Shown: in pieces, positions 36,450 through 45,783 of the stretch | Position numbering within the stretch: position 1 is the first letter of the stretch | Layout of the letters: each line of letters opens with the position of its first letter | Origin: Flavobacteriales bacterium | GTDB lineage: Bacteria; Bacteroidota; Bacteroidia; Flavobacteriales_F; PHOS-HE28 | Direction: 5' to 3' | Assembly (NCBI GenBank): GCA_020847755.1 | Contig: JADLBK010000018.1 | Coordinates: forward strand, 1 to 58,227 | DNA length: 58,227 nucleotides | Made by a program: the position numbers and the translations under genes | Notes under the pieces: model-generated | Seen by the model: only the letters and a program-made list of their open reading frames with translations | The model's database searches: none | What the model was told of the DNA's origin: nothing

Positions 36450-37364
36450 ATGGACCAGACCGGAAACAGCCCCCAGCCGACCAAGCCCCGTTCCAACGTC
36501 GCCCTGCTGGCGCTGGTGGTGCTCCTGCTCATCAGCAACGTGGTGATGCTCTACCTGCTGATGCAGAGCAAACGCCAGGAGGAGGCGACCCAGAGCGAGG
36601 TGGTGAAGGTGTCCAGCGAGAAGGAGAACGTGACCCGCATGCTGGAGGACATGCTCTCCCAGTACGACACGTTGGAGACCGAGAACGAACAGCTGCGCGT
36701 GGAGATGGACGCCCAGAAGCAGCAGATCGAGAACCTGCTGGAGCAGGTGAAGAAGGGCAACTACAGCCTGGCCAAAGCCCAGAAGGAGGCGGCCACGCTG
36801 CGCAAGATCATGAAGGGCTACGTGGCCACCATCGACTCGCTGAACCAGGTGAACCTGCAGCTCACCGCCGACAAGGCCAACCTGACGCAGGAGCTGGGGA
36901 CGGTGAAGGGACAGAAGGATGCGTTGGAGCAACAGACCGCCGAACAGCAGGCGCTCATCGCCAAAGGCTCCGTGCTGACCGCCACCACCATGAGCGCCGG
37001 TGCGGTGATGCTGCGCAACAACGGCAAGCAGGTGGACACCGACCGGGCCAAGAAGGCCGAGATGGTGAAGTGCTGCTTCACCCTCGGGGAGAACCGCGTG
37101 GCCCGTGCCGGCGACAAGACGCTCTACATGCGCATCATCAGCCCGGATGGCCGGGTGTTGCCGGCCAGTGAGTCCAACAACCGCTTCCAGTTCGAGGGCG
37201 TGGAAGGCGAGTTCAGCGTGAAACGCGAGGTGAACTACCAGGGCGTGCCGGTGGACGCCTGCATGTTCTGGACCGCCAGCGGCGAGATGAGCACCGGCCA
37301 GTACATCGTGGAGGTGTATGAAGGCGGGGGCAAGGTGGGCCGTTCCACCTTCGACCTGAAGTAG
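36450..37364 (+). CDS. Membrane-anchored coiled-coil protein with a C-terminal beta domain, function unknown
   Basis: Start at MDQTGNSPQ. TM segment VALLALVVLLLISNVVMLYLL, then a long heptad-rich segment, then a globular C-terminus. Confidence 0.7.
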   Translation: MDQTGNSPQPTKPRSNVALLALVVLLLISNVVMLYLLMQSKRQEEATQSEVVKVSSEKENVTRMLEDMLSQYDTLETENEQLRVEMDAQKQQIENLLEQVKKGNYSLAKAQKEAATLRKIMKGYVATIDSLNQVNLQLTADKANLTQELGTVKGQKDALEQQTAEQQALIAKGSVLTATTMSAGAVMLRNNGKQVDTDRAKKAEMVKCCFTLGENRVARAGDKTLYMRIISPDGRVLPASESNNRFQFEGVEGEFSVKREVNYQGVPVDACMFWTASGEMSTGQYIVEVYEGGGKVGRSTFDLK

Positions 37365-37378
37365 GCCGCGAGAGCTCC

Positions 37379-38260
37379 CTAGAAGAAGGCGCGGATCTGC
37401 GCGCCGCCCACATGCACGGTGGGGGTGTTCTCGCTCTTGCGCCCGTTGTAGGTGATGTCCACCTGCAGGTTCTGGTTCAGCCGCCGCTGGATGCTGAGGC
37501 TCCAGGTCCAGTTGGTGCCCACCTTCAGGCCACCCAGCATCTCGTTGCCCAGGCTGGTGTTGGGGTCCCCGTCGTAGCGGATGTCCACCAGGTCGAGGTT
37601 CAACTGGATGCTGCCCTTGCCGGCCGTGTTCCAGCGGGTCTCCAGCCCCAGGTTCTGCACGGTGGCGGCCTCGCCGCCCAGCTCCTCGCGGTTCAGCTTG
37701 TCGGTGTAGCGGTAGCTCAACGCCGCGCGCAGGTCGGTGTTGGGCCGCCAGGTGATGCGGGGCCGCGTGGTGTATTGCCGGATGCTGTACGTGCGGCCGC
37801 TCAACAGGTCCGACGCGTTGGCCACCCGGCCCGCCTCCGCCTCCAGGTCGGCTGTCCACTGCTGGGTCGCGTTCCAGCGCAGGCGCACCTGGTTCAGCTC
37901 GCGCAGGCGTGATTCGAACCCGTTCAGCAGCAGCGTCTTGGTGCGGTCGCTCTGGAAGGTGTGGTCCACGCTCCACTTGGGGCTCGTGCGGTCGTAGAAG
38001 AGCGTGTTGCGCAGCGAACTGGTGAAGGCCGTGAGCAGCGTGTCCGCCGGGTCGATGCGGAAGGGGTCGAGCGCCTGCCCCAGGTCGGCCGTGCTGGTCT
38101 TGCGGTCGCTGCGGAAGGAGGCCAGGTCCGAGAAGCGCGCCAGGAAGCCCCGCATCCCTTTGCGCCCGCCCCAGGCCACCGCGGGCCGAAGGTCGAGCGA
38201 GGCGCTCAGCTGGTTGCTGAAGGTGCGCGAGTAGGTGTTGCTGGGCACGAACACCCGCAC
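37379..38260 (-). CDS. C-terminal 293 codons of a large outer-membrane beta-barrel-like protein, in frame with 38306..~40912 across one TAG
   Basis: Alternating beta-strand pattern. Ends ...GGAQIRAFF (terminal aromatic typical of OMPs). The 'start' at 38260 is a GTG in the same frame as the upstream ORF. Confidence 0.75.
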   Translation of the reverse strand: [293 protein letters not shown]

Positions 38261-38305
38261 GTAGTTGGCCTCATAGCCGAAGTTCGCCTGCTCGAACTCG
38301 TTGAG

Positions 38306-40912
38306 CTACTTGAGGCCGTTGCCGTTGTAGTCGTTCCAGATGTACAGGCCCTGCCCGGCGGGCACCTCCACGTAGAGGAACTCGCGCTGCTGCTCAAGCC
38401 CCGAGCCCAGCTCGTAGAACAGGTCCCAGACCGCCACGCCCTTGCCCAGGGTGAGGTCGTGGTCGATGCGCATCAGGTAGGTGTCCTCGGGCCGTTGCGC
38501 GGTGAGCGTGCTGTCCACGATGCGCAGCTGGCGGTAGGTGAAGGTGGTGGCCAGGCGGTGTCGCGCATCGCGGCCCACGCCCAGGGTGGCCGTGCCCGCG
38601 GTGGCCACGGTGCTGCGGGCCAGCCCGCCGTTCCGAAGGCCCTGGTCGTAGCGCTGGCCACCGCCCACGCGGAAGGTGGTCCGGGCCGTATCGCGGCTCT
38701 GGATGAAGGCCTCCCAGTCGTAGAACTGGTAGCTGCCGGCCAGCAGCGCGGTGCCTGTGTCCGCCCGGAAGCGGTTGCGTTCGTGCTCGTCCTGCATACC
38801 GACGGTGAACCATCGCATGCGCCGCGCCAGTCGGGCCTTGTGCCGCAGGAACTCGGTGCGCACCGGGTCGGTGGTGGTCAGCAGGCTGGCGGTGCCCGTG
38901 ATGTCGAACCGCCCGGGGTGCAGGTCGCTGATCAGGTCGTGGCGCCAGCCGGCATAGCGGTCGCGCACCTGGAAGGTGTTGATCACGTAGCGCAGCCTAC
39001 CGGCCTTGCCGGCCCGAAGCCCCACGCCCAACCCGGCCAGCAGCTGGTCGCCATCGAGCGGCCGCCCCAGGGCGTTCCAGTTGCGCTCGAACTCCACCGC
39101 GCGGTATCGTTCCACCGGGGTGAAGGAGGCGGTGAGCGCCTCGGTCTCCAGGCCCAGTTCCAGCGCCCAGGTGCTGTCAGCGGCCCGCAGGGGGATCGCC
39201 TGGTCCGCCTTCACCCGTGCGGCGAAGGCCTGGTCGTCGGCGGCGTCCCTGCTGCTGAAGGTGTTCCGGTCATAGCGGCCGTAGGCCAGTTCGGTGCTCA
39301 GCCGCAGCCCGCCTGCCGTGCTGTGGTCCGCGCCCAGGGTCACCACCTGCTGCGAGCGCGGAGGGATCAGCACGCGCACCGGGGCGTGGTCGCCGCGACG
39401 TACGATGGCACCCGCCACCGTGTCCGGAGCCACCCAGCGGTACACCCGGCCGTTGGGCGTGAACTCCTGCTGCACATAGTCCCCCAGCCCCGCGCCGACG
39501 GTGGAGAAGGTGATCCGGTAGCGCGCGCTGTCCGCCGAGGTGCTGTACACGTACACCGGGCTGTAGCCCAGGGAGTCCACCGCCTTGTACAGCACCTGGT
39601 CGGCGACGAAGGCCACGGTGTCCACACCGGGCACCACGGCGGCCAGGGGGTCGTCCCCTGCTTCAGCGAGCGCCCGCTGCTCGTCGTCCGTGAGGTCCTG
39701 CTGCAGCGGCTGCCCCTTGTGGTCCTGTTCGCTGAACACGTTGAGGCGGAGCGTCGTGCGTCCGCGCGTCCAGGTGTCGTCCAGGCGCACCAACGTGCGC
39801 ATGTAGTTGCGGTCGGAGTATTGGAACTCCACGGTGATGCGGCGGTCCTTGGTGATCAGGCGCCGTGCGGTGAAGGTGAGCTCGGCCGTGTTGTAGTCGA
39901 TCACGTAGTCATTCTCCTGGCCGCGCACCAGCAACTGGCCGTCGATGAACACGCGTTCGGTGCCGGAGAGGATGATGATGAAGGTCTCGCCGGCATCGCC
40001 GCGCAGGCGATAGGGGCCCTGCACGCCCTCGACACCCTGTACCACGTTGCGGGCGAACTTGCCTTTGGAGATGGCCACTGAGGTGCCCAACGCGTTGACG
40101 GCCTTCGCACCCTTGCTGCGGGTGTTGAACGACAGGCCCTTCGATTTCTTCAGGTAGGTGAGGAAGTGGCTGTTCGGTCGCTGCAGCACGAAGTCGCCGG
40201 CGATCAGCTCCCAGTTCTCCTCGAACAGCTTGATGAACACCTGGTCGAAGTCCTGCAGCTCCAAGGTATTGCCCTCGGCCTGGATGGGGATGTTGTTGTC
40301 GGTGATCGAGGCCTGCACCTGGATGCGGTCCGTGATGCGGCCGCTGAGCTCCAGGTTCAGCGACGAGTTCACCGACAGGTCCTGGTTGTTGCCGAACAGG
40401 ATACCGCGGGAGATGCTGCCGCTCTTGTTCAGGCCGGCGTTGCCGAAAAGGTCCTCGCGTTGCGACGGGGCCTCGTACTTGAACGGGTCGCGCCGGTCGG
40501 GGTCCTCGCTCAGGAGCCGCGTGCGGTCCTTGTGGCGGCGCTCCGCCGCGAAGAGCAGCGGCCACACCCGGTACCGTGCGATGAGCGTGTCGCCCACCGC
40601 GCCGTCGATCACCCATAGCCGTGCGCGGTATGGGTCGAGCGCGAAGGCGGAGTCCGGCAGCGCGCTCCCGTTCCGCCCGAGCGACAGGCTGCCCGGGGCG
40701 ATGCTCAGGGTGTCCAGCACGATGGTGTCGCCGGTGAGCACGATGCGGCGCGCGCGCCGGTTGTCCCCCGGGCCCTGGGCCAGGACCTGCAACGCCGGCA
40801 CCAGCACCAGAAGGAGGGGCAGGAGCACGGTCGTCCAGGGCCGGGCCGGACGTGGTGCGGTGGAGGAAGGGTGGCGCCCCAAGGGCGGAAAATTACCCAG
40901 CTGTTCACGCAC
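38306..40912 (-). CDS. N-terminal ~870 codons of the same large outer-membrane protein, ending at an in-frame TAG
   Basis: Signal-like [22 protein letters not shown] near the N-terminus. The true start is uncertain (candidates GTG 40912, ATG 40987, or TTG/GTG near 40830-40875). TAG at 38308-38306. Confidence 0.7.
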   Translation of the reverse strand: [868 protein letters not shown]

Positions 40913-40982
40913 CCGATGCCCATCAAGATCCGATCGTTGATGAGCGGACCGGAGGCCGCTGAGCTTCCACCGGGGGGCCGGG

Positions 40983-40990
40983 TACATTTG
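40983..40990 (+). promoter_or_regulatory. Candidate -7 box TACATTTG for the SBP gene
   Basis: TAnnTTTG match 5 nt upstream of the GTG at 40995, implying a very short leader. Confidence 0.35.
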
Positions 40991-40994
40991 GCCG

Positions 40995-42728
40995 GTGACC
41001 TTGGAGAACGTCCGGAACCCCTGGCTGTTGTGCACCGTGGCGATGGCCTTGCTGATGGCCTGTGGCGGCGACGGTGGGGACCGCATGCGGCGCGTGCAGG
41101 GCGGCAAGCAGTACGGTGGGGTCTTCAACATGAACGAGGCCGGCGGGGTGCGCAGCATCTTTCCGCTCCACATCTCACAGGCGTCGGAACACCGCATCGC
41201 CTCGCAGATCTACCAGGGCCTGGTGCGCTTCGACCCCGTGGACCTGAAGGTGCTGCCCTGCCTGGCCGAGCGCTGGGAGGTGGATGCCGATGCCACCACC
41301 TTCACCCTGTATCTGCGCAAGGATGTGCGCTTCCACCCCGATGCGGTACTGACCTCGGAGGATGACCGGCTGGTGGACGCCGAGGATGTGCTCTATTGCT
41401 TCCGCGCACTCTGCACGGCCGACCCGGAGAACCGCATGTTCTGGCTCTTTCAGGACAAGGTGCTGGGGGCCAACACCCATTACGCCAACACCGCCTCGGG
41501 TGGCGATCGTGAGGCCCCCATCGCCGGCCTTGAGGTGGTCGACACCCACACCTTCCGCATCAAGCTGGCGCACCCCAACGCCGGTTTTCTGCAGGTGCTG
41601 GCCCACCAGGGCTGCTGGATCTATCCACGGCAGCTGGTCGAGTCCTACCGCGATGACCTGATGGCGCACGCCATCGGCACCGGGCCGTTCAAACTGCGCA
41701 CCTATTCCCCCGCCGAGGCGTTCGTGCTGGAACGCGACCCCGATCATTGGGACCGCGATGAGCACGGCAACCCCCTTCCGTTCCTGGACGCCGTCCGCAT
41801 CACCCTCGACCCCGACAAGAACAAGGAGCTGGAAGCCTTTCTGGACGGCCGCCTTTCCTGCCTGACGGACCTGCCGGTGGACCGGCTCGGCAGCGTGAGG
41901 GATTCGGTGGACGCCTCCGGGCGGAAACGCTTCATCCTCCAATCCGTGCCGGGCTCCGCCGTGCAGTTCTATGGGTTCAACCTGCACGCCCATCCGTTCG
42001 TGGATCCCCGGGTGCGCCGTGCCTTCAGCCTGGCGATCGACCGGCGCTACCTGGTGGACAGTGTGCTGGGTGGGCTGGCCGTGCCTGCGGAGCATGGACT
42101 TGTGGCGCCCGGTCTGTCCGGGTATCCGTATTCCGCGGTCACCGGGCACCGGTTCGACCCCGACGCGGCACGCGCGCTCCTGGCCGAGGCCGGATTTCCC
42201 GGCGGAAGGGGCTTTCCGCAGGTGGTGCTGAACGCCAGCCCGGGCTTCGGCTACATCCAGGTGGCGGAGGCCGTGCAGGACATGCTGCAACGCCATCTGG
42301 GCGTGCCCCTCATCCTGTCGGTGCTCCCCATTGACCAGCACTACACGTCCATCGAGCGCGGTCGCGCCCGCTTCTGGCGCGAGGGCTGGGTGGCCGACCT
42401 GCCGGATGCCGAGAACTTCCTCTCCCTGCTCTACGGCAAGAACGCACAGGCCGACACCGCCCTGCCCACCTACCTGAACACCAGCCGGTACGCCGATCCG
42501 CGCTTCGATTCACTGTTCGCGCAGGCGCAGCGCACCGTGGACGATGCCCGGCGCATGCAGCTCTTCGCTGAGGCGGAGGACCAGGCCATGACCGATGCGC
42601 CGGTGACCCCGCTCTACCACGAACGCACCATCCGGCTGCTTCGCCCCGACGTACGGGACATGCCCTTGAACGCCATGGACCTGCGCGACCTTGGCCGGGT
42701 GTGGTCCGATGCGACCATCAGCCGGTGA
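40995..42728 (+). CDS. ABC transporter substrate-binding lipoprotein, family 5 (peptide/nickel type)
   Basis: 577 aa. Lipobox LLMAC. IYQGLVRFDP.DL...P.LAE.WEV..D.T.FTL.LRKDV.FH is typical of SBP_bac_5. Confidence 0.88.
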   Translation: MTLENVRNPWLLCTVAMALLMACGGDGGDRMRRVQGGKQYGGVFNMNEAGGVRSIFPLHISQASEHRIASQIYQGLVRFDPVDLKVLPCLAERWEVDADATTFTLYLRKDVRFHPDAVLTSEDDRLVDAEDVLYCFRALCTADPENRMFWLFQDKVLGANTHYANTASGGDREAPIAGLEVVDTHTFRIKLAHPNAGFLQVLAHQGCWIYPRQLVESYRDDLMAHAIGTGPFKLRTYSPAEAFVLERDPDHWDRDEHGNPLPFLDAVRITLDPDKNKELEAFLDGRLSCLTDLPVDRLGSVRDSVDASGRKRFILQSVPGSAVQFYGFNLHAHPFVDPRVRRAFSLAIDRRYLVDSVLGGLAVPAEHGLVAPGLSGYPYSAVTGHRFDPDAARALLAEAGFPGGRGFPQVVLNASPGFGYIQVAEAVQDMLQRHLGVPLILSVLPIDQHYTSIERGRARFWREGWVADLPDAENFLSLLYGKNAQADTALPTYLNTSRYADPRFDSLFAQAQRTVDDARRMQLFAEAEDQAMTDAPVTPLYHERTIRLLRPDVRDMPLNAMDLRDLGRVWSDATISR

Positions 42729-43461
42729 GGCGGTCCTTGGCGTGCTCCGTGGCGATGAAGCGGTGCACCAATTGCTTGGCCAGCGGCATGAAGGTCTCGA
42801 TGTGCGGCACCTCCCAATCGCACTCGAACCCGAAGGTGGCCGGCACGGGCAGTTGAGGCCGATGGGCGATCAGCTCCGCGCGGATCACCTCGTAGGTGGT
42901 GCGCAGGCCCAGCGGTCGGCTGCCCACGAAGTGCGTCACCACGCTGCGCCAGTGCAGGTCGACATCCGCGTCGCGCAGCAAGGAGACCGAGTAGGTGTAG
43001 ATGCGCGCTTCGCGGCCCTGCCGAAGAAGCAGGTAACCCGCACGCGGGTCGAGCGGAAGCACGCCTACCGGACCGAACTGGATGTGCTCGCGGATGCGTT
43101 CCCGCAGCTCACTGCCCTGGGCCAGGTGGTCGCGCAGCTCCGGAACGGCATCGTCGATCACCTCGTCGATCACACCCAACGCACCGGTCGGCTCGGGCAG
43201 CGGAGCATAGGCCACGGCACCCTTGAGCGGGTCAAGCCCGGTGATGTCACGCGGCATGGTGGCCCGCAGGCCCTCCGTGCGCTGCTGTAGTTCCAGGAGG
43301 TCGTTCAAGTGGTCCGCAACGTCCAGCAGATAGGGGTACAACTTGCGCTCAGCGAACCGCTTCCGCACCCGTTGCAGGTACGCCAGCAGGGTGTAGTGCT
43401 TCAGTTCCCGGTCGATCGCCGGGATCAGGATCCAGTCCTTGGGCAGAAGGGCTTGGGCCAT
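42718..43461 (-). CDS. Conserved hypothetical protein (247 aa)
   Basis: Internal ATG (MAQALLPKDWILIPAIDRELKHYTLLAYLQRV...) of the 462-aa ORF. The upstream Ser/Arg-rich part of that ORF is antisense to the OmpA-like gene. Confidence 0.65.
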   Translation of the reverse strand: MAQALLPKDWILIPAIDRELKHYTLLAYLQRVRKRFAERKLYPYLLDVADHLNDLLELQQRTEGLRATMPRDITGLDPLKGAVAYAPLPEPTGALGVIDEVIDDAVPELRDHLAQGSELRERIREHIQFGPVGVLPLDPRAGYLLLRQGREARIYTYSVSLLRDADVDLHWRSVVTHFVGSRPLGLRTTYEVIRAELIAHRPQLPVPATFGFECDWEVPHIETFMPLAKQLVHRFIATEHAKDRLTG

Positions 43462-43558
43462 GGCTCGATCGATGAACGGCGTGTTCACAAAAAGGTTGCA
43501 CGATGGTCGGTGATGTTCACCGGGGTCGGGACCTTTGTCCGAACCGAAAGGTAACACC

Positions 43559-44509
43559 ATGAAGCTCCGTTCCATCGTCCCGTACGCCCTGTTCTTCACG
43601 CTGTTCTTCACCGCCTGCGTGCCACAACGCAAGTACGAGGAGCTGCAGACCTCCATGGACGCGATGCGGGCGGAGTCCGAGGCGGCGCTGGCGAAGGCAC
43701 GGGACGCGCAGGCCGCCCTGGATGCACAGGCCGGCGAGATGAGCGACCTGGAACGACGCGTGAAGCTGCTGGAACAGGATACCACCACACTGGGCACCTC
43801 CCTGCGGAAAATGCAGCAGCAATATGACAAGATCAACGCGCTGAACGACGAGTTGCTGGACAAGTACAACAAGTTGCTGGCCGGCGACCGCAGCGAGAAC
43901 CGCAAGCTGCTCACCGACCTGGAGGCCTTGCGCCTGGACCTGCAGAACAAGGAGGACTCCATCGCCCGCAGCAGCAAGCGCCTGGCCGAGCGCGAGGCGC
44001 GGCTGTCCGAACTGCAGGCTGAACTGGACCGCAAGGACGCCGCCATGCGCGACCTCAAGGACCGCGTGAGCCGCGCCCTCACCGGGTTCGAGGGCAAGGG
44101 CCTCACCGTGGAGCAGCGCGACGGGCGGATCTACGTGAGCCTGGAGAACAAGCTGCTGTTCCCCAGCGGCAGCGCCACGGTGGACAAGCAGGGTCGCGAT
44201 GCCTTGGTGAAGCTGGCCAAGGCCATCGAGGCCGACCGTGACATCAGCATCCTGGTGGAAGGTCACACCGACACGGACAAGATCCTGCCCGGCAGCACCT
44301 ACAAGGACAATTGGGAGCTCAGCGTGGAGCGGGCCACCAGCGTGGTGCGCATCCTGCAGGAGGGCAGCACCATCGAAGCGCGGCGCATGACGGCGGCGGG
44401 GCGCAGCGAATATGTTCCCGTGGATCCCGCCGACAAGTCGAAGAACCGCCGCATCGAGGTGATCCTCACACCCGACCTCAGCGCGCTGTACAACATGGTC
44501 AAGGACTGA
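43559..44509 (+). CDS. OmpA/MotB-domain lipoprotein with a long coiled-coil N-terminal half
   Basis: MKLRSIVPYALFFTLFFTAC lipobox. C-terminal OmpA-like domain (LFPSGSATV...LVEGHTD......NWELSVERA..V...L........GRSEY.P.......NRRIEVIL). Confidence 0.85.
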   Translation: MKLRSIVPYALFFTLFFTACVPQRKYEELQTSMDAMRAESEAALAKARDAQAALDAQAGEMSDLERRVKLLEQDTTTLGTSLRKMQQQYDKINALNDELLDKYNKLLAGDRSENRKLLTDLEALRLDLQNKEDSIARSSKRLAEREARLSELQAELDRKDAAMRDLKDRVSRALTGFEGKGLTVEQRDGRIYVSLENKLLFPSGSATVDKQGRDALVKLAKAIEADRDISILVEGHTDTDKILPGSTYKDNWELSVERATSVVRILQEGSTIEARRMTAAGRSEYVPVDPADKSKNRRIEVILTPDLSALYNMVKD

Positions 44510-44568
44510 TCGGGCGTTCCGCCCGTCCAGCGAACAATGTCCCGGCCGCAGCGGTCTACTTTTGCCGC

Positions 44569-45726
44569 ATGAGCCGCCTGACGCCGGAACTGGACCCGCT
44601 TCCCCTGGACCAATGGGGCCTGGACGTGGAGCGTCCCCTTCACATCGCGGGACCGTGCAGCGCCGAAAGCCCCGAGCAGGTGATGGCCGTGGCCGAGGGC
44701 ATCCGGCGTCATGCGCCCAGCGTGCGCGTGCTCCGGGCGGGGGTGTGGAAGCCCCGCACACGGCCCGGCGCCTTCGAGGGGGCCGGAGAACCGGCGTTGC
44801 GTTGGCTGCGTTCGGCCGCCGACTCCACCGGTCTGCTTGTGGCCGTTGAAGTGGCGACCCCCCACCATGTGGAGGCCGCGCTCAAGGCGGGGATCGACCT
44901 GCTGTGGATCGGCGCCCGCACCACGCCCAACCCGTTCAGCGTGCAGGCCATCGCCGAGGCACTGGTCGGGGTGGATGTGCCGGTGCTGGTGAAGAACCCC
45001 ATCAATCCGGACCTTCCCCTGTGGGTGGGCGCGTTGGAACGCCTGCACCGCGCCGGCATCCGCCGCATGGCCGCCGTCCACCGGGGTTTCAGTTGGTCCG
45101 GCCACACGCCCTTCCGCAACACCCCGATGTGGGAGTTCCCCATCCGACTGATGGCCGCCTGCCCGGAACTGCCCATGCTGTGCGACCCCAGCCACATCGC
45201 CGGCCGGCCCGACAGGCTCGCCGACGTCGCCCAACAGGCGCTGGACCTGAATTTCAGCGGGCTCATGGTGGAGGCGCATCCCGATCCCAGGCATGCGCTG
45301 AGCGATGGGGACCAACAGGTGACCCCGGAAGCCCTGGGCACGCTCCTGGGCGGCTTGGTGCATCGTGCGCCCGCGCCGGGACCCCGGTTGCGGGATCTAT
45401 TGGACGAACTGCGCGACCAGATCGACCAACTTGACGCGGACATCGCCCAGAAGCTCGCTGAGCGCCTCGACATCGCTGAGCGCATCGGGATGTACAAGCA
45501 GGAGCACAACGTGGCCATCCTCCAGCCCGAACGGTGGGAACGCATCATGGCCGCCCAGCACGACCTGGGCCGCCGCTCAGGCCTCAGCCCAGCCTTCGTG
45601 GAAGCGTTCATGAACGCCGTCCACCAGGAAAGCATCCGCCGCCAGACGGAGGCCTGGGAACGCGCCCTCGTACCCGCCGCAGGATCCAAAGCACCTGCCA
45701 ACGATCAGTTGCCTCGCCAACGGTAG
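44569..45726 (+). CDS. Bifunctional 3-deoxy-7-phosphoheptulonate (DAHP) synthase / chorismate mutase type II
   Basis: Start at MSRLTPELDP. IAGPCSAES...RAGVWKPRT.PG.F.G...DPSH match a KDO8PS-like DAHPS I-beta. C-terminal helical CM segment (LR.QID.LD..I...L..R). Confidence 0.9.
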   Translation: MSRLTPELDPLPLDQWGLDVERPLHIAGPCSAESPEQVMAVAEGIRRHAPSVRVLRAGVWKPRTRPGAFEGAGEPALRWLRSAADSTGLLVAVEVATPHHVEAALKAGIDLLWIGARTTPNPFSVQAIAEALVGVDVPVLVKNPINPDLPLWVGALERLHRAGIRRMAAVHRGFSWSGHTPFRNTPMWEFPIRLMAACPELPMLCDPSHIAGRPDRLADVAQQALDLNFSGLMVEAHPDPRHALSDGDQQVTPEALGTLLGGLVHRAPAPGPRLRDLLDELRDQIDQLDADIAQKLAERLDIAERIGMYKQEHNVAILQPERWERIMAAQHDLGRRSGLSPAFVEAFMNAVHQESIRRQTEAWERALVPAAGSKAPANDQLPRQR

Positions 45727-45731
45727 CCACC

Positions 45732-45739
45732 TAGCTTTG
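45732..45739 (+). promoter_or_regulatory. Candidate -7 box TAGCTTTG
   Basis: TAnnTTTG match 45 nt upstream of the ATG at 45784. Confidence 0.35.
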
Positions 45740-45783
45740 GGCGTTCTGCAAGGAACCGAACCACCCAACCCCCGAACCGCCTC

